Of a DNA stretch of 64,000 nucleotides, positions 19,420 through 29,341 are shown one piece after another (position 1 is the first letter of the stretch; the number at the start of each line of letters is the position of its first letter). The stretch lies in assembly GCA_049363815.1 (NCBI GenBank), contig JBMQEM010000097.1, forward strand, positions 1,925 through 65,924, written 5' to 3'. Under the pieces are notes generated by a model, which saw only the letters and a program-made list of their open reading frames with translations, was not told the origin of the DNA and did no database searches. Made by a program: the position numbers and the translations under genes. This DNA is from Bacteroidota bacterium (GTDB lineage Bacteria; Bacteroidota; Bacteroidia; AKYH767-A; 2013-40CM-41-45).

Positions 19420-22074
19420 ATGAATATACTTGACATAAGGGTCATGAAAGGCCCGAATTATTGGTCTATACGTCGTCACAAATTAGTTGTGATGAAATTA
19501 GATATTGAAGAGCTTGAAGATTTACCTACTAACAAGATTGCAGGATTCTCTGAACGACTGGAAAAAGTTTTTCCTTCTATGTATTCACACGAATGTTCTG
19601 AAGGACACGCTGGCGGATTTTTCAAAAGAGTAAAGGAAGGTACTTGGATGGGTCACGTTGTAGAACATCTTGCCCTGGAAATCCAAACGCTTGCAGGAAT
19701 GGATTGTGGTTTTGGACGTACCCGTAGCACAGGCCAGCATGGAGTGTATAATGTTGTCTTCAATTACATGGAAGAGAAAGTCGGGATCTATGCTGCTAAA
19801 GCTGCAGTCAGAATAGCCGATGCTCTGGTAAAAAATATTCATTACGATCTTGCCGATGATATCCAACGCATGCGTGAGATCCGTGAAGATGACCGTCTGG
19901 GTCCTTCAACAGGTTCTATAGTTGATGAAGCGATCAAGAGAAAAATTCCTTGGATAAGATTAAATAAACATTCACTTGTTCAACTTGGCTACGGTAAAAA
20001 TCAACATCGCATCCAGGCTACTGTTGCCAGCACAACTTCATCGATTGCAGTTGAAGTGGCATGTGATAAAGAAGAAACAAAAAATTTACTGGAAGCAGCT
20101 TCCATACCTGTTCCTCGCGGCCGGGTCGTATATGATGAAGAAGATCTTGAATCCGCAGTAAGAAGAATTGGTTATCCGATTGTCCTCAAACCTGTAGGTG
20201 GTAATCATGGTCGTGGTGCAACTATCAATGTACAGAACTGGGAAGAAGCGAAGGAAGCTCTTACACTTGCGAAACGAGTATCACGTGGTGTGATCGTTGA
20301 AAAATTCATCACCGGATATGATTACCGTTTATTGGTTGTCAATTATAAATTCATTGCCGGTGCTAAACGTACTCCGGCAATGGTCACAGGTGATGGTGTA
20401 CATACCGTACAACAACTCATCGATATTGTAAACAGCGATCCGCGCCGTGGATATGGTCATGAAAAAGTTCTGACTGCGATCAAGATCGACGATACTACTC
20501 TTGCAATGTTGCAGGAAAAAAATCTCACACTTGAATCTGTAATTCCAAAAGGAGAAGAACTTCACCTGAAACGGACTGCCAATCTTTCTACCGGTGGAAC
20601 TTCAACTGATGTTACAGAGATCGTACATCCGTTCAATGTTTTTCTTGCTGAACGTATTGCCCGTATCATCGGACTCGATATTTGCGGTATTGATATCATG
20701 AGTCCTGATATCCGTGAACCTCTTCATGAAAATGGAGCGGCTGTCCTTGAAGTAAATGCCGGACCTGGTTTCCGTATGCACATAGCTCCTGCAGAAGGCC
20801 TGCCTCGTAACGTGGCTGAACCTGTCATCGATATGCTTTATCCACCCGGAAGTACAGCACGTATTCCTATCATTGCTGTTTCGGGAACAAATGGAAAAAC
20901 GACAACAACACGGTTGATCGCTCACATTGTAAAAACAATGGGACATAAAGTAGGTTTCACTACAACTGATGGAATTTATATTCAGAATCAAATGGTGGAA
21001 AAAGGTGATTGCACCGGTCCGCTGAGTGCTGAATTTGTTCTCCGCGATCCAACAGTAGATTTTGCTGTACTTGAATGTGCGCGTGGCGGTATACTTAAAG
21101 CCGGACTCGGATTCCATAATTGCGATATCAGTATCGTTACGAATGTTGCTGCCGATCATCTTGGATTAAAAGATATCAATACTCTTGAAGAAATGGCTCG
21201 AGTAAAAAGTGTTGTAGCTGAAAGTATTCTTCCGGAAGGAACCTGCATTCTGAATGCTGATGACGATCTGGTCTATGATATGCGCAGAAACATAAAAGGC
21301 AATGTTGCATTGTTCAGTCTGGATGAAAATAATCCACGTATAATAAAACATACAGAGGGCGGCGGACTTGCAGCCATTGTTGAAAACGGCTATGTGACGA
21401 TCTGTAAAGGAACATGGAAGATCAGAATTGATAAAGTGATCAATATTCCGTTGACGTTTTCCGGTAAAGCTGTGTTTATGATCCAGAATATTCTTCCGGC
21501 TGTACTGGCAGGATTTATCCGTGGATTCAAAGTAGATGATATCCGGTTGGCGCTTGAAACATTTATCCCTTCACCGACACAGACACCGGGCCGGATGAAT
21601 ATGTTCCAGTTCCGCAATTTCAATGTCATGGTCGATTATGCACATAACCCTGCCGGATTCCAGGCGATAGCCAGGTTCCTTGACAGGATAGAAGCTAAAC
21701 CGAAGGTTGGAATCATTGCAGGAGTAGGGGACAGAAGAGACGAAGATATCGTTCAACTTGGAACAGTTGCTTCACAGATGTTTGATGAGATCATCATCCG
21801 TCAGGATAAAAACCTGCGCGGACGAAGTGAATCAGAGATCATAGATCTTATGATGAAAGGTATTCAAACGGATGATCCGAAAAAGAAAGTGATGATCATT
21901 CCGAAAGAATCCGAAGCGATCGATCATGCAATCAAAAATGCAAAGAAAGGTGCTTTTATAGTAATCTGTAGTGATGTCGTTCCTGATGCTTTAGAGCAAA
22001 TACTTAAATACAAAGAGGAGGAAGATAATTTTGCAATTCATAAAGAAGATATTCCTTCTCCAACAATTATGTAA
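19420..22074 (+). CDS. cphA: Cyanophycin synthetase CphA1
   Basis: N domain (GPNYWS, LGPSTGSIV), ATP-grasp domain (KPVGGNHGRG, NLSTGG, EVNAGPG), Mur-ligase-like domain (GTNGKTTT, LECARGG, DYAHNP). The start at 19420 puts the Cx19HxxEH motif at C59/H79/E82/H83. Confidence 0.96.
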   Translation: MNILDIRVMKGPNYWSIRRHKLVVMKLDIEELEDLPTNKIAGFSERLEKVFPSMYSHECSEGHAGGFFKRVKEGTWMGHVVEHLALEIQTLAGMDCGFGRTRSTGQHGVYNVVFNYMEEKVGIYAAKAAVRIADALVKNIHYDLADDIQRMREIREDDRLGPSTGSIVDEAIKRKIPWIRLNKHSLVQLGYGKNQHRIQATVASTTSSIAVEVACDKEETKNLLEAASIPVPRGRVVYDEEDLESAVRRIGYPIVLKPVGGNHGRGATINVQNWEEAKEALTLAKRVSRGVIVEKFITGYDYRLLVVNYKFIAGAKRTPAMVTGDGVHTVQQLIDIVNSDPRRGYGHEKVLTAIKIDDTTLAMLQEKNLTLESVIPKGEELHLKRTANLSTGGTSTDVTEIVHPFNVFLAERIARIIGLDICGIDIMSPDIREPLHENGAAVLEVNAGPGFRMHIAPAEGLPRNVAEPVIDMLYPPGSTARIPIIAVSGTNGKTTTTRLIAHIVKTMGHKVGFTTTDGIYIQNQMVEKGDCTGPLSAEFVLRDPTVDFAVLECARGGILKAGLGFHNCDISIVTNVAADHLGLKDINTLEEMARVKSVVAESILPEGTCILNADDDLVYDMRRNIKGNVALFSLDENNPRIIKHTEGGGLAAIVENGYVTICKGTWKIRIDKVINIPLTFSGKAVFMIQNILPAVLAGFIRGFKVDDIRLALETFIPSPTQTPGRMNMFQFRNFNVMVDYAHNPAGFQAIARFLDRIEAKPKVGIIAGVGDRRDEDIVQLGTVASQMFDEIIIRQDKNLRGRSESEIIDLMMKGIQTDDPKKKVMIIPKESEAIDHAIKNAKKGAFIVICSDVVPDALEQILKYKEEEDNFAIHKEDIPSPTIM

Positions 22075-22143
22075 GTGATTTCCATTCCTGTCTTATTAAG
22101 ATAGAAAAATAGATAGAGCACCATCCCGATAACTATCGGTACA

Positions 22144-22178
22144 CAAGAAGACCACGGATCAATTCCGTGGTCTTCTTG
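22144..22178. terminator. Perfect 15-bp hairpin downstream of cphA
   Basis: caagaagaccacgga-tcaat-tccgtggtcttcttg; no clear U tract. Confidence 0.5.
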
Positions 22179-22389
22179 CGAATAGGCGATCTTGTTTATT
22201 TTATTTATGTTGATCGAGAATGCCATTTTTTTAAACAATTCCACCTGACAAATATTTTTTCAAACTCTTCTTACATTAGTTTTTTGGCCTTTAATGTTAA
22301 TTATTGCCCTTTTTTTTTGATTCTTGGAACATTTTTCATCCGATTCGAGTAAAAAATCGATAATTCTTACAGTTAATTCTCTTAACCCT

Positions 22390-25300
22390 ATGCTGACTTT
22401 TACTCAAACAAGTGAAACCCACAGTAGTATGCGTCCTTTCCTTCGCAGACTCATTTTGATTATTTCGATTGCAGCTACTCTTGGGATCTTACCTCGAAAA
22501 GCATTTGCAACACACATGGCAGGAGCAGATATTTCCTATACCTGTCTGGGTGGAAATTCTTATAGAATAGAATTGACATTTTATCGAGACTGTGCAGGTT
22601 CACAAGCACTTTCTGAAGTCTATCTGGATTTTACATCAGCCAGTTGCGGACAGTCGTTTCAACAGACATTGGTTGTAGAAGATAGTTCGGAGATTGCTTA
22701 TCCCTGTCCATCACAAACAACAAAATGTACAGATCCGAATTCCCCAAACCCCGGCATTAAACAATATATCTATTCACAGATAGTAAACCTTCCTGCACAG
22801 TGTAATGACTGGATCATAGGGTGGGAGTACTGTTGCCGGAATTGTGATATCACAACTATGGTGCAGCAGACTCCTTGTGTAGAAGGATCGAATCCCGGTC
22901 TTTACATTGAGACCACACTTGATAATCTGAATATCACTTGTAATTCTTCACCTGTATTTTCAAATATTCCGATTGCCTTTGTTTGTGTCGGGCAACCCTT
23001 TACATATAATCACGGTGTGATCGATCCAAATGGAGATTCTCTTGTTTATTCGCTTGTGGATCCATTGACCAGCGATTCATTCCATAGCCCGATCCCTTAT
23101 TTACCGGGATTTTCAGCTACTAATCCAATAACATCTTCTACAGGTGTAACAATAGATGCAGTAACAGGAGATATTTCCTTTACTCCAACTCAACAGGAAG
23201 TTGGTGTTCTTTCCGTACTCGTACAGGAATACAGAAATGGTGTATTGATCGGAAGTGTGGTGCGTGATATGGAAATTTATATCACTCCGTGTACAAATAA
23301 TATTCCTACAGCCACCGGAATAAACGGATCCAATTCCAGAGATACAACCGTTTGTCCGGGAACTTCTTTCTGCTTTGATATTTTTTCGGATGATATAGAT
23401 TCTAATCAGGTCGTTACAATGACCTGGAATCAGGGTATTGCCGGAGCAACATTCACTGTTACCGGTTTCCCTTTTCCTACCGGAGAATTTTGCTGGACAG
23501 CCCCATCTGTCAATGTAAGTACTTTACCATACACATTTACCGTTACTGTTACCGATAATGCTTGTCCAAGTAATGGATATCAGACTTATTCTTTCAATAT
23601 ATATGTCAATACTCCAATTCAAAGTGTCAGTACAACTGATATTTCATGTAATGGAGCGGCAGATGGTACTGCAACTGCATTAACTACCAGTCCGACGGGT
23701 AATTACTCGTTTTTGTGGACACCCGGAGGACAAACCACTCAAACAATCACCGGATTATCAGCAGGAAATTATTCTGTTTCTGTCATTGACAGTGTGAGCG
23801 GATGCTCTGCGTCTGCAACAACAACGATTGTCGATCCTCCTGTGATCACTGATAGTATTTTTTCAACAGGAACTCCGTGTACCGGTAATGGTTTTGCCGT
23901 AGTATTCGCTTCAGGCGGTACCGGTGCATTAACTTATAGCTGGAATACAGTTCCGCCAACACTGAATGATACTGTCAGTGGATTATCCGCAGGCACCTAC
24001 TTTGTTACTATCACTGATGCAAACGGTTGTTCAGTTACAGATTCTGTAGATGTAGCAACAGGACCAAGTTCAGTTGTGGTAACAGTTGATACTGTTGCAA
24101 CATTGAATTGTTTTACGGATACTACCGGTTTTGCAAGTGTTTCGGCAACAGGTGGAACTCCCGGATACACTTATGTATGGAATACAGTGCCCGTTCAGAC
24201 AGGTCCGCTTGCCACTAATTTATCGCCGGGAATTTATACTGTAACAGTCACTGATTCTGTAGGATGTTCTTCAACTCAGAACGCCAATGTCTCTTCACCA
24301 CCTGCAATTGTCTTGACCGGAACCAGTACTCCTGCCGGATGTAATCTTGCTGATGGTAGTGCCACTGTAAGTGTAAGTGGAGGAGTTCCGGGATATTCTT
24401 ATACCTGGGATACGCTTTCAGTAACTACACCAACTTTAAATAATGTTCCAGCAGGAATCTATACTGTCACAGTTCTTGATACAAATAATTGTATTTCATC
24501 ACTTGATGTAGCAGTATCAAATACTACTATTCCACCTCCTGCTGTAAATATTGATCAGATAATTGCATGTAATGGAAATTCAAATGCAACAGTGATCATC
24601 GTCCCTCAGGGCGGTACTTCACCTTTTACTTTTACATGGGATGGATCTGCTTCAAATGATACCATTACCAATCTTGGCGCCGGAACATACATTGCAGGAG
24701 TAACTGATTCTGCAGGATGTTCTTCATTTACAACGATAGTAATTACAGAACCTGCTGTTCTTGGAGTAAATCTGCTTTCAAGCACCGCAAGTTGTTTTGG
24801 CGAAAACAATGGCCGGGCAATTGTTTCTCCGGCCGGCGGAACAGGTCCTTATACATATTCCTGGTCACCGGTAGGTGGCAACGATTCAATTGCTCAGAAT
24901 TTACCTCCTGATACTTATGTTGTAACAGTTACTGATACGAACGGATGTACTGCTACAACTTCAACTGTGATCACGGAAAATACTCAGATAAACATTCTTG
25001 TTGTCTCAACAGTAAATGCAACTTGTCATGGAAGTAATGACGGTTCAATCGATCTTACGACAACAGGCAGTAACCCATTATCATTTAACTGGAATCAGGG
25101 CGAAGCGTTTACCGAAGACCTTACAAATATTGATGCCGGTCCATATACTGTTGTTGTAACGGATGGGGCAGGTTGTACTTCTTCTTTAACAATCAGTGTT
25201 TCCCAGCCTCCGGCAATACCTGTTGATGCTGGTGTTAGTACATCGATTTGTAATGATGCAGATTCATATCAGTTAGATGCTAATTTGGCTCCCGGAACAA

Positions 25301-26235
25301 CCGGGGTTTGGTCGACATCAACAGGTGGTGTGACCTTCAGCAGCTCAACTGATCCAGATGCTATGGTATTCAATTTAAATCCGGGACAAACATTTTTAAC
25401 CTGGACGGTATCGGATGGTACTTGTCAGGCTTCACAAACTATTACGATATCGTATAACAATTCCATTTTCTCAATCGCTGGAAACGATGTTCAGATCTGT
25501 GACTTTGGTTCTGCTCAATTGAATGGAAATCTACCTTCAACTTTCACAGGTTACTGGTCAGGTTTTCCTGTTACATTCAATGATTCAACGTTGTATAATG
25601 CAACAGCCAATGCTAGTGTTTACGGAACTAACGAACTTATCTGGACAATTGTAAACAGTCAGTGTGTCGATACTGATACACTATTATTCATTGTCGATGA
25701 ACCAGTAACTGCAGATGCGGGGCCTTTTGATATCGCTTGTGAAAACAAGGGAGAAGTAGTAGCGGTCTCACCTTTCGTAGGTTCAGGTCAGTGGAGTGTT
25801 TATTTTCTTGATACCAATGCAACAGCAACTTTTGTAGATCCGACAATAGAAAATACAGAAGTCAATAATCTGCATCTTGGTTTGAATAATCTTGTATGGA
25901 CAGTTGTCAATGGTGTTTGTACAGCATCTGATACAACTTCACTTTATTATGACATTGCATGTGAACTTGAATTACCAACCGGTTTTACACCAAATGGTGA
26001 CACTTATAATGACGGTTATGAAATCAAAGGCATTGAAGGTTATCCTTTAAATGTATTCAGAGTGTTCAACCGTTGGGGGAATGAAGTTTATACAAAAGAG
26101 GACTATAAAAATACTGACTGGAAGGGTCAGAATAACAGCGGAAATGAATTGCCGGAAGCAACTTACTTCGTGATCCTGGAAATCAAGAACACAGAGATCA
26201 AGCTAAGTACTTACGTTGACCTTCGTAAAAATTAA
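22390..26235 (+). CDS. T9SS type-B (gliding-motility-associated CTD) surface protein with SprB-type repeats
   Basis: Signal peptide ..KAFA/THMAGAD, Cys-rich N-terminal domain, C.G..DG.A...GG..Y.Y.W repeats, CTD PTGFTPNGD.YND..FNRWG. The start may be 22390 or 22429. Confidence 0.9.
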   Translation: MLTFTQTSETHSSMRPFLRRLILIISIAATLGILPRKAFATHMAGADISYTCLGGNSYRIELTFYRDCAGSQALSEVYLDFTSASCGQSFQQTLVVEDSSEIAYPCPSQTTKCTDPNSPNPGIKQYIYSQIVNLPAQCNDWIIGWEYCCRNCDITTMVQQTPCVEGSNPGLYIETTLDNLNITCNSSPVFSNIPIAFVCVGQPFTYNHGVIDPNGDSLVYSLVDPLTSDSFHSPIPYLPGFSATNPITSSTGVTIDAVTGDISFTPTQQEVGVLSVLVQEYRNGVLIGSVVRDMEIYITPCTNNIPTATGINGSNSRDTTVCPGTSFCFDIFSDDIDSNQVVTMTWNQGIAGATFTVTGFPFPTGEFCWTAPSVNVSTLPYTFTVTVTDNACPSNGYQTYSFNIYVNTPIQSVSTTDISCNGAADGTATALTTSPTGNYSFLWTPGGQTTQTITGLSAGNYSVSVIDSVSGCSASATTTIVDPPVITDSIFSTGTPCTGNGFAVVFASGGTGALTYSWNTVPPTLNDTVSGLSAGTYFVTITDANGCSVTDSVDVATGPSSVVVTVDTVATLNCFTDTTGFASVSATGGTPGYTYVWNTVPVQTGPLATNLSPGIYTVTVTDSVGCSSTQNANVSSPPAIVLTGTSTPAGCNLADGSATVSVSGGVPGYSYTWDTLSVTTPTLNNVPAGIYTVTVLDTNNCISSLDVAVSNTTIPPPAVNIDQIIACNGNSNATVIIVPQGGTSPFTFTWDGSASNDTITNLGAGTYIAGVTDSAGCSSFTTIVITEPAVLGVNLLSSTASCFGENNGRAIVSPAGGTGPYTYSWSPVGGNDSIAQNLPPDTYVVTVTDTNGCTATTSTVITENTQINILVVSTVNATCHGSNDGSIDLTTTGSNPLSFNWNQGEAFTEDLTNIDAGPYTVVVTDGAGCTSSLTISVSQPPAIPVDAGVSTSICNDADSYQLDANLAPGTTGVWSTSTGGVTFSSSTDPDAMVFNLNPGQTFLTWTVSDGTCQASQTITISYNNSIFSIAGNDVQICDFGSAQLNGNLPSTFTGYWSGFPVTFNDSTLYNATANASVYGTNELIWTIVNSQCVDTDTLLFIVDEPVTADAGPFDIACENKGEVVAVSPFVGSGQWSVYFLDTNATATFVDPTIENTEVNNLHLGLNNLVWTVVNGVCTASDTTSLYYDIACELELPTGFTPNGDTYNDGYEIKGIEGYPLNVFRVFNRWGNEVYTKEDYKNTDWKGQNNSGNELPEATYFVILEIKNTEIKLSTYVDLRKN

Positions 26236-26268
26236 TCTATAAAATTGAAGCCACAAAAAATCTATAAT

Positions 26269-27198
26269 ATGAAGAGGATTTACATTTCAGCTTTGCTGAT
26301 GTTTTTTAGTGTAGCCGGCTATTGTCAGCAGGACATTTTAGTTAGCCAGTACATGTTCAATCATTTACTTTTGAACCCTGCCTACGCAGGAAGTAAGGAC
26401 TATATGATGGCAACCTTACTTTACCGTAAGCAATGGGTCGATTTCAAAGGTGCACCAACTACACAGGTGGCTTCTTTGCATGGACCGGTAGGTTTAACAA
26501 AATTCGGTTGGGGAGCATCTATCAGTCATGATAAGATCGGAGTTACTGACCGTACAGATGCCTACCTTAATGCTGCATATCATCTTCCGGTTGGACCGAA
26601 GATGAAATTGAGTCTTGGCTTAAGAGCAGGGGGTGGATATTATAGTTATAAAAACAGTGATCTCATCTATTGGGATTCTAACGATCCGCTTTTTGCAGGA
26701 GATAAAACAAGTAAGTTTATTCCGAATTTAGGAGCCGGAGCATATTTGTATACAGACAAGTTTTATGCTGGCGTTTCTGTTCCGAATGTCATTTCTTATG
26801 ATACCACGAAAGTACTTAGTTTAAATATGAGTGGAAATGTTGTTCCTAATCAGGTGCGCCATTATTTTGCTACTGCAGGTGTTGCAATAGAAGTGAATCC
26901 GGATGTGGTGATCAAGCCAAGTGTGCTTGTGAAATATGTTCAGAATGCTCCTGTTGAAGCCGACTTTAATGTGAATTTTTTACTTGCACAGGTTCTTTGG
27001 GTAGGAGGTAGCTATCGTACGGGAGACAGTTTTGTTGCATTGCTTGAATTGCAATTGACAAAGAAATTCAGATTAGGATATAGCTATGATTTTACCACAA
27101 CTGATATGAAAAACTATTCATCAGGCTCGCATGAGATCATGATCGGTTATGATTTCGGATATGATATCATGAAAGTTAAAACACCACGCTACTTCTAA
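26269..27198 (+). CDS. PorP/SprF-family T9SS outer-membrane protein
   Basis: SQYMFNHLLLNPAYAG, YRKQW, GYSYD, GSHEIMIGY; lies directly after a type-B CTD gene. Confidence 0.92.
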   Translation: MKRIYISALLMFFSVAGYCQQDILVSQYMFNHLLLNPAYAGSKDYMMATLLYRKQWVDFKGAPTTQVASLHGPVGLTKFGWGASISHDKIGVTDRTDAYLNAAYHLPVGPKMKLSLGLRAGGGYYSYKNSDLIYWDSNDPLFAGDKTSKFIPNLGAGAYLYTDKFYAGVSVPNVISYDTTKVLSLNMSGNVVPNQVRHYFATAGVAIEVNPDVVIKPSVLVKYVQNAPVEADFNVNFLLAQVLWVGGSYRTGDSFVALLELQLTKKFRLGYSYDFTTTDMKNYSSGSHEIMIGYDFGYDIMKVKTPRYF

Positions 27199-27250
27199 TT
27201 ATTTGTAATATCACACATTGCATTAACAAAGCTTGTAAAAACACCATCGA

Positions 27251-29149
27251 ATGAATAAAAAATTATTGTCTGTTGCTCTCCTGGCTGCTGCTTTTCTTTT
27301 AACCGGCTGCGCAAGTTATCATCTTAGACAGGGAAATCGTCTTTATAAAGACCTTGCTTATAGCATGGCCATTGAAGAATATCAAAAAGGCCTTAGCAAA
27401 AAAGAGAATGCAGCAGCACGGATCAATCTTGCTGAAAGCTACAGGAAGATGAACAATCTTCAGAAAGCAGAAGAAGAGTATGCCAAGGTGGTTTTACTCC
27501 CGGAAGCTGAACCGATCCATAAATTGCGTTATGGCCAGCTTCTTATGAGAAGCGGAAAATATGTTGTAGCCCGTTCATATTTTGAATTGTATCTGCAGGC
27601 AAATCCAAACGACCAGGCAGTTGCGAAATTGAAGTCAAGCTGTGACAGTATAGAGATCTGGCAAAAAGATTCTGCTAAATACACGATACAATCATCTTCC
27701 CTGAATTCAGGGCAAAGTAATTTCAGTCCGGTATGGTACAAGGATGGTATTGCATTCACCAGCGACAGAAATTCAAAAGCAAAGAATTATGCCTGGACCG
27801 GTCGCCCGTTTCTTGAAATGTATTATTCAAAAGGAAATCTGGAAAGCGGTTTTGCAAATCCAACTCCTATAGGTGAGATCAATGGTGTTTATCATGATGG
27901 TCCTGCTACTTTCAGTTCAAAAGGTGATACAATGTATTTCACAAGAAATAACTATGTGAAAAAGAAAGTAGAGAAATCTTCAGAAGATGTTGTTGATCTT
28001 AAGATCTTCAGAGTTGTTAAGAAAGATACTTCATGGACTGGACTTTCGGAATTTGAATACAATAGCAAAGAATACAGTACTGGCCATCCGGCTTTGAATG
28101 CTGATGGATCTAAAATGTACTTCGTCAGTGATATGCCAGGAGGGTTAGGTGGAACTGATATTTATGTTGTTGAAAGAATGAACAATGCTTGGAGTAAACC
28201 TGTAAATCTGGGACCAAATATCAATACACCTTATAATGAAATGTTCCCGATGATCTGGAAAGATTCAATTCTTTATTTCAGTTCTGAAGGCCATTATAAT
28301 ATGGGTGGACTGGATATTTTCTATAGTGGGAAAGATCAGAATTCCTGGAAGGAAGCCCGCAATATGGGTTATCCGCTTAATACCAGTTTCGATGATTTTG
28401 GAGTTGCTTTAAATGACAGCGGCACTGCCGGAATCTTGTCTAGTAACAGGAATGCAAAGAATACCATGCAGGATAACCTGTACACTTTTACAATCAACGA
28501 TCTCCGCTTCTCGCTTGAAGGAATTGCAGTGGATAAAACCACACAGGAACCGGTTGCAGGTGTAACAGTTGAATTGACAAATACAATTACCAACAAAAAG
28601 GAAAGTGTGATCACAGGACCTGACGGGAAATTCTATTTCAAATTGAATCCTGAAACTTCATATAATGTTGTTGGAACTAAAGACGGATACTTCACAAATA
28701 CTGAACCAGTGACCACTGTTGGAAAGATCAGAAGTGAGAATATGTTTGTGAAGTTAAAACTGGAACTGGAACGAATCATTGTGGACAAACCTATCGTTTT
28801 GAAAAATATCTATTACGATCTTGATAAATGGGATATCCGACCGGATGCTGCTTTGGAACTCAATAACCTTGTCCAGATCATGGAAGAGAATCCGGCTATC
28901 AGTATTGAATTAGGATCTCACACAGATTCGCGTGCAGATGATAAATACAACGATGTTCTTTCACAGAAACGTGCGGAGGCGGCTGTCAGCTACATCGTTT
29001 CTAAAGGTGTAAGTCAGTCAAGGATCACTGCAAAAGGTTATGGTGAAACTCAATTGGTGAACCGCTGTTCTAATAATATCGCATGCTCTGAAGAAGAACA
29101 TCAGGCAAACAGAAGAACGGAGTTCAAAGTGGTTTCAATTGCGAAATAA
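27251..29149 (+). CDS. PorE-like lipoprotein (TPR + PD40 propeller + carboxypeptidase-regulatory-like + OmpA C-terminal domain)
   Basis: Lipobox LLTGC, TPR helices, PD40 repeats (YFVSDMPGGLGGTDIY), OmpA motif SHTDSRA..YN..LSQKRA..NRRTEF. Confidence 0.9.
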   Translation: MNKKLLSVALLAAAFLLTGCASYHLRQGNRLYKDLAYSMAIEEYQKGLSKKENAAARINLAESYRKMNNLQKAEEEYAKVVLLPEAEPIHKLRYGQLLMRSGKYVVARSYFELYLQANPNDQAVAKLKSSCDSIEIWQKDSAKYTIQSSSLNSGQSNFSPVWYKDGIAFTSDRNSKAKNYAWTGRPFLEMYYSKGNLESGFANPTPIGEINGVYHDGPATFSSKGDTMYFTRNNYVKKKVEKSSEDVVDLKIFRVVKKDTSWTGLSEFEYNSKEYSTGHPALNADGSKMYFVSDMPGGLGGTDIYVVERMNNAWSKPVNLGPNINTPYNEMFPMIWKDSILYFSSEGHYNMGGLDIFYSGKDQNSWKEARNMGYPLNTSFDDFGVALNDSGTAGILSSNRNAKNTMQDNLYTFTINDLRFSLEGIAVDKTTQEPVAGVTVELTNTITNKKESVITGPDGKFYFKLNPETSYNVVGTKDGYFTNTEPVTTVGKIRSENMFVKLKLELERIIVDKPIVLKNIYYDLDKWDIRPDAALELNNLVQIMEENPAISIELGSHTDSRADDKYNDVLSQKRAEAAVSYIVSKGVSQSRITAKGYGETQLVNRCSNNIACSEEEHQANRRTEFKVVSIAK

Positions 29150-29167
29150 AATCATAAATAAGTTGAG

Positions 29168-29197
29168 AAAAAGACCGGTCTATCCGGTCTTTTTTTT
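29168..29197 (+). terminator. Intrinsic terminator
   Basis: aaaaagaccgg-tctat-ccggtcttttttt. Confidence 0.85.
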
Positions 29198-29341
29198 GCC
29201 CAAAAGTGTCTGGTTTTAGAGAGAAAAATGTTGAAAAGTGTGTTTAAATGATTAATGTGTCAGGGGATAGGAGAGCCTTAAGTTTTATGAACTTTCCAAC
29301 TTATTATAAATGGACAGTTCTGTCTTTTAACACACAAATTC

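Noticed and set aside
20602-21159. 185-aa antisense ORF inside cphA, and similar ones such as 29965-30426, 51845-52237 and 3732-4097
   Set aside because: They lie fully inside well-supported genes on the other strand and have no recognisable motifs.
3474-22074. Functional clustering of carB with cphA/cphB
   Set aside because: They are 12 kb apart with unrelated genes between them; the metabolic link through arginine is plausible, but the position does not support it.
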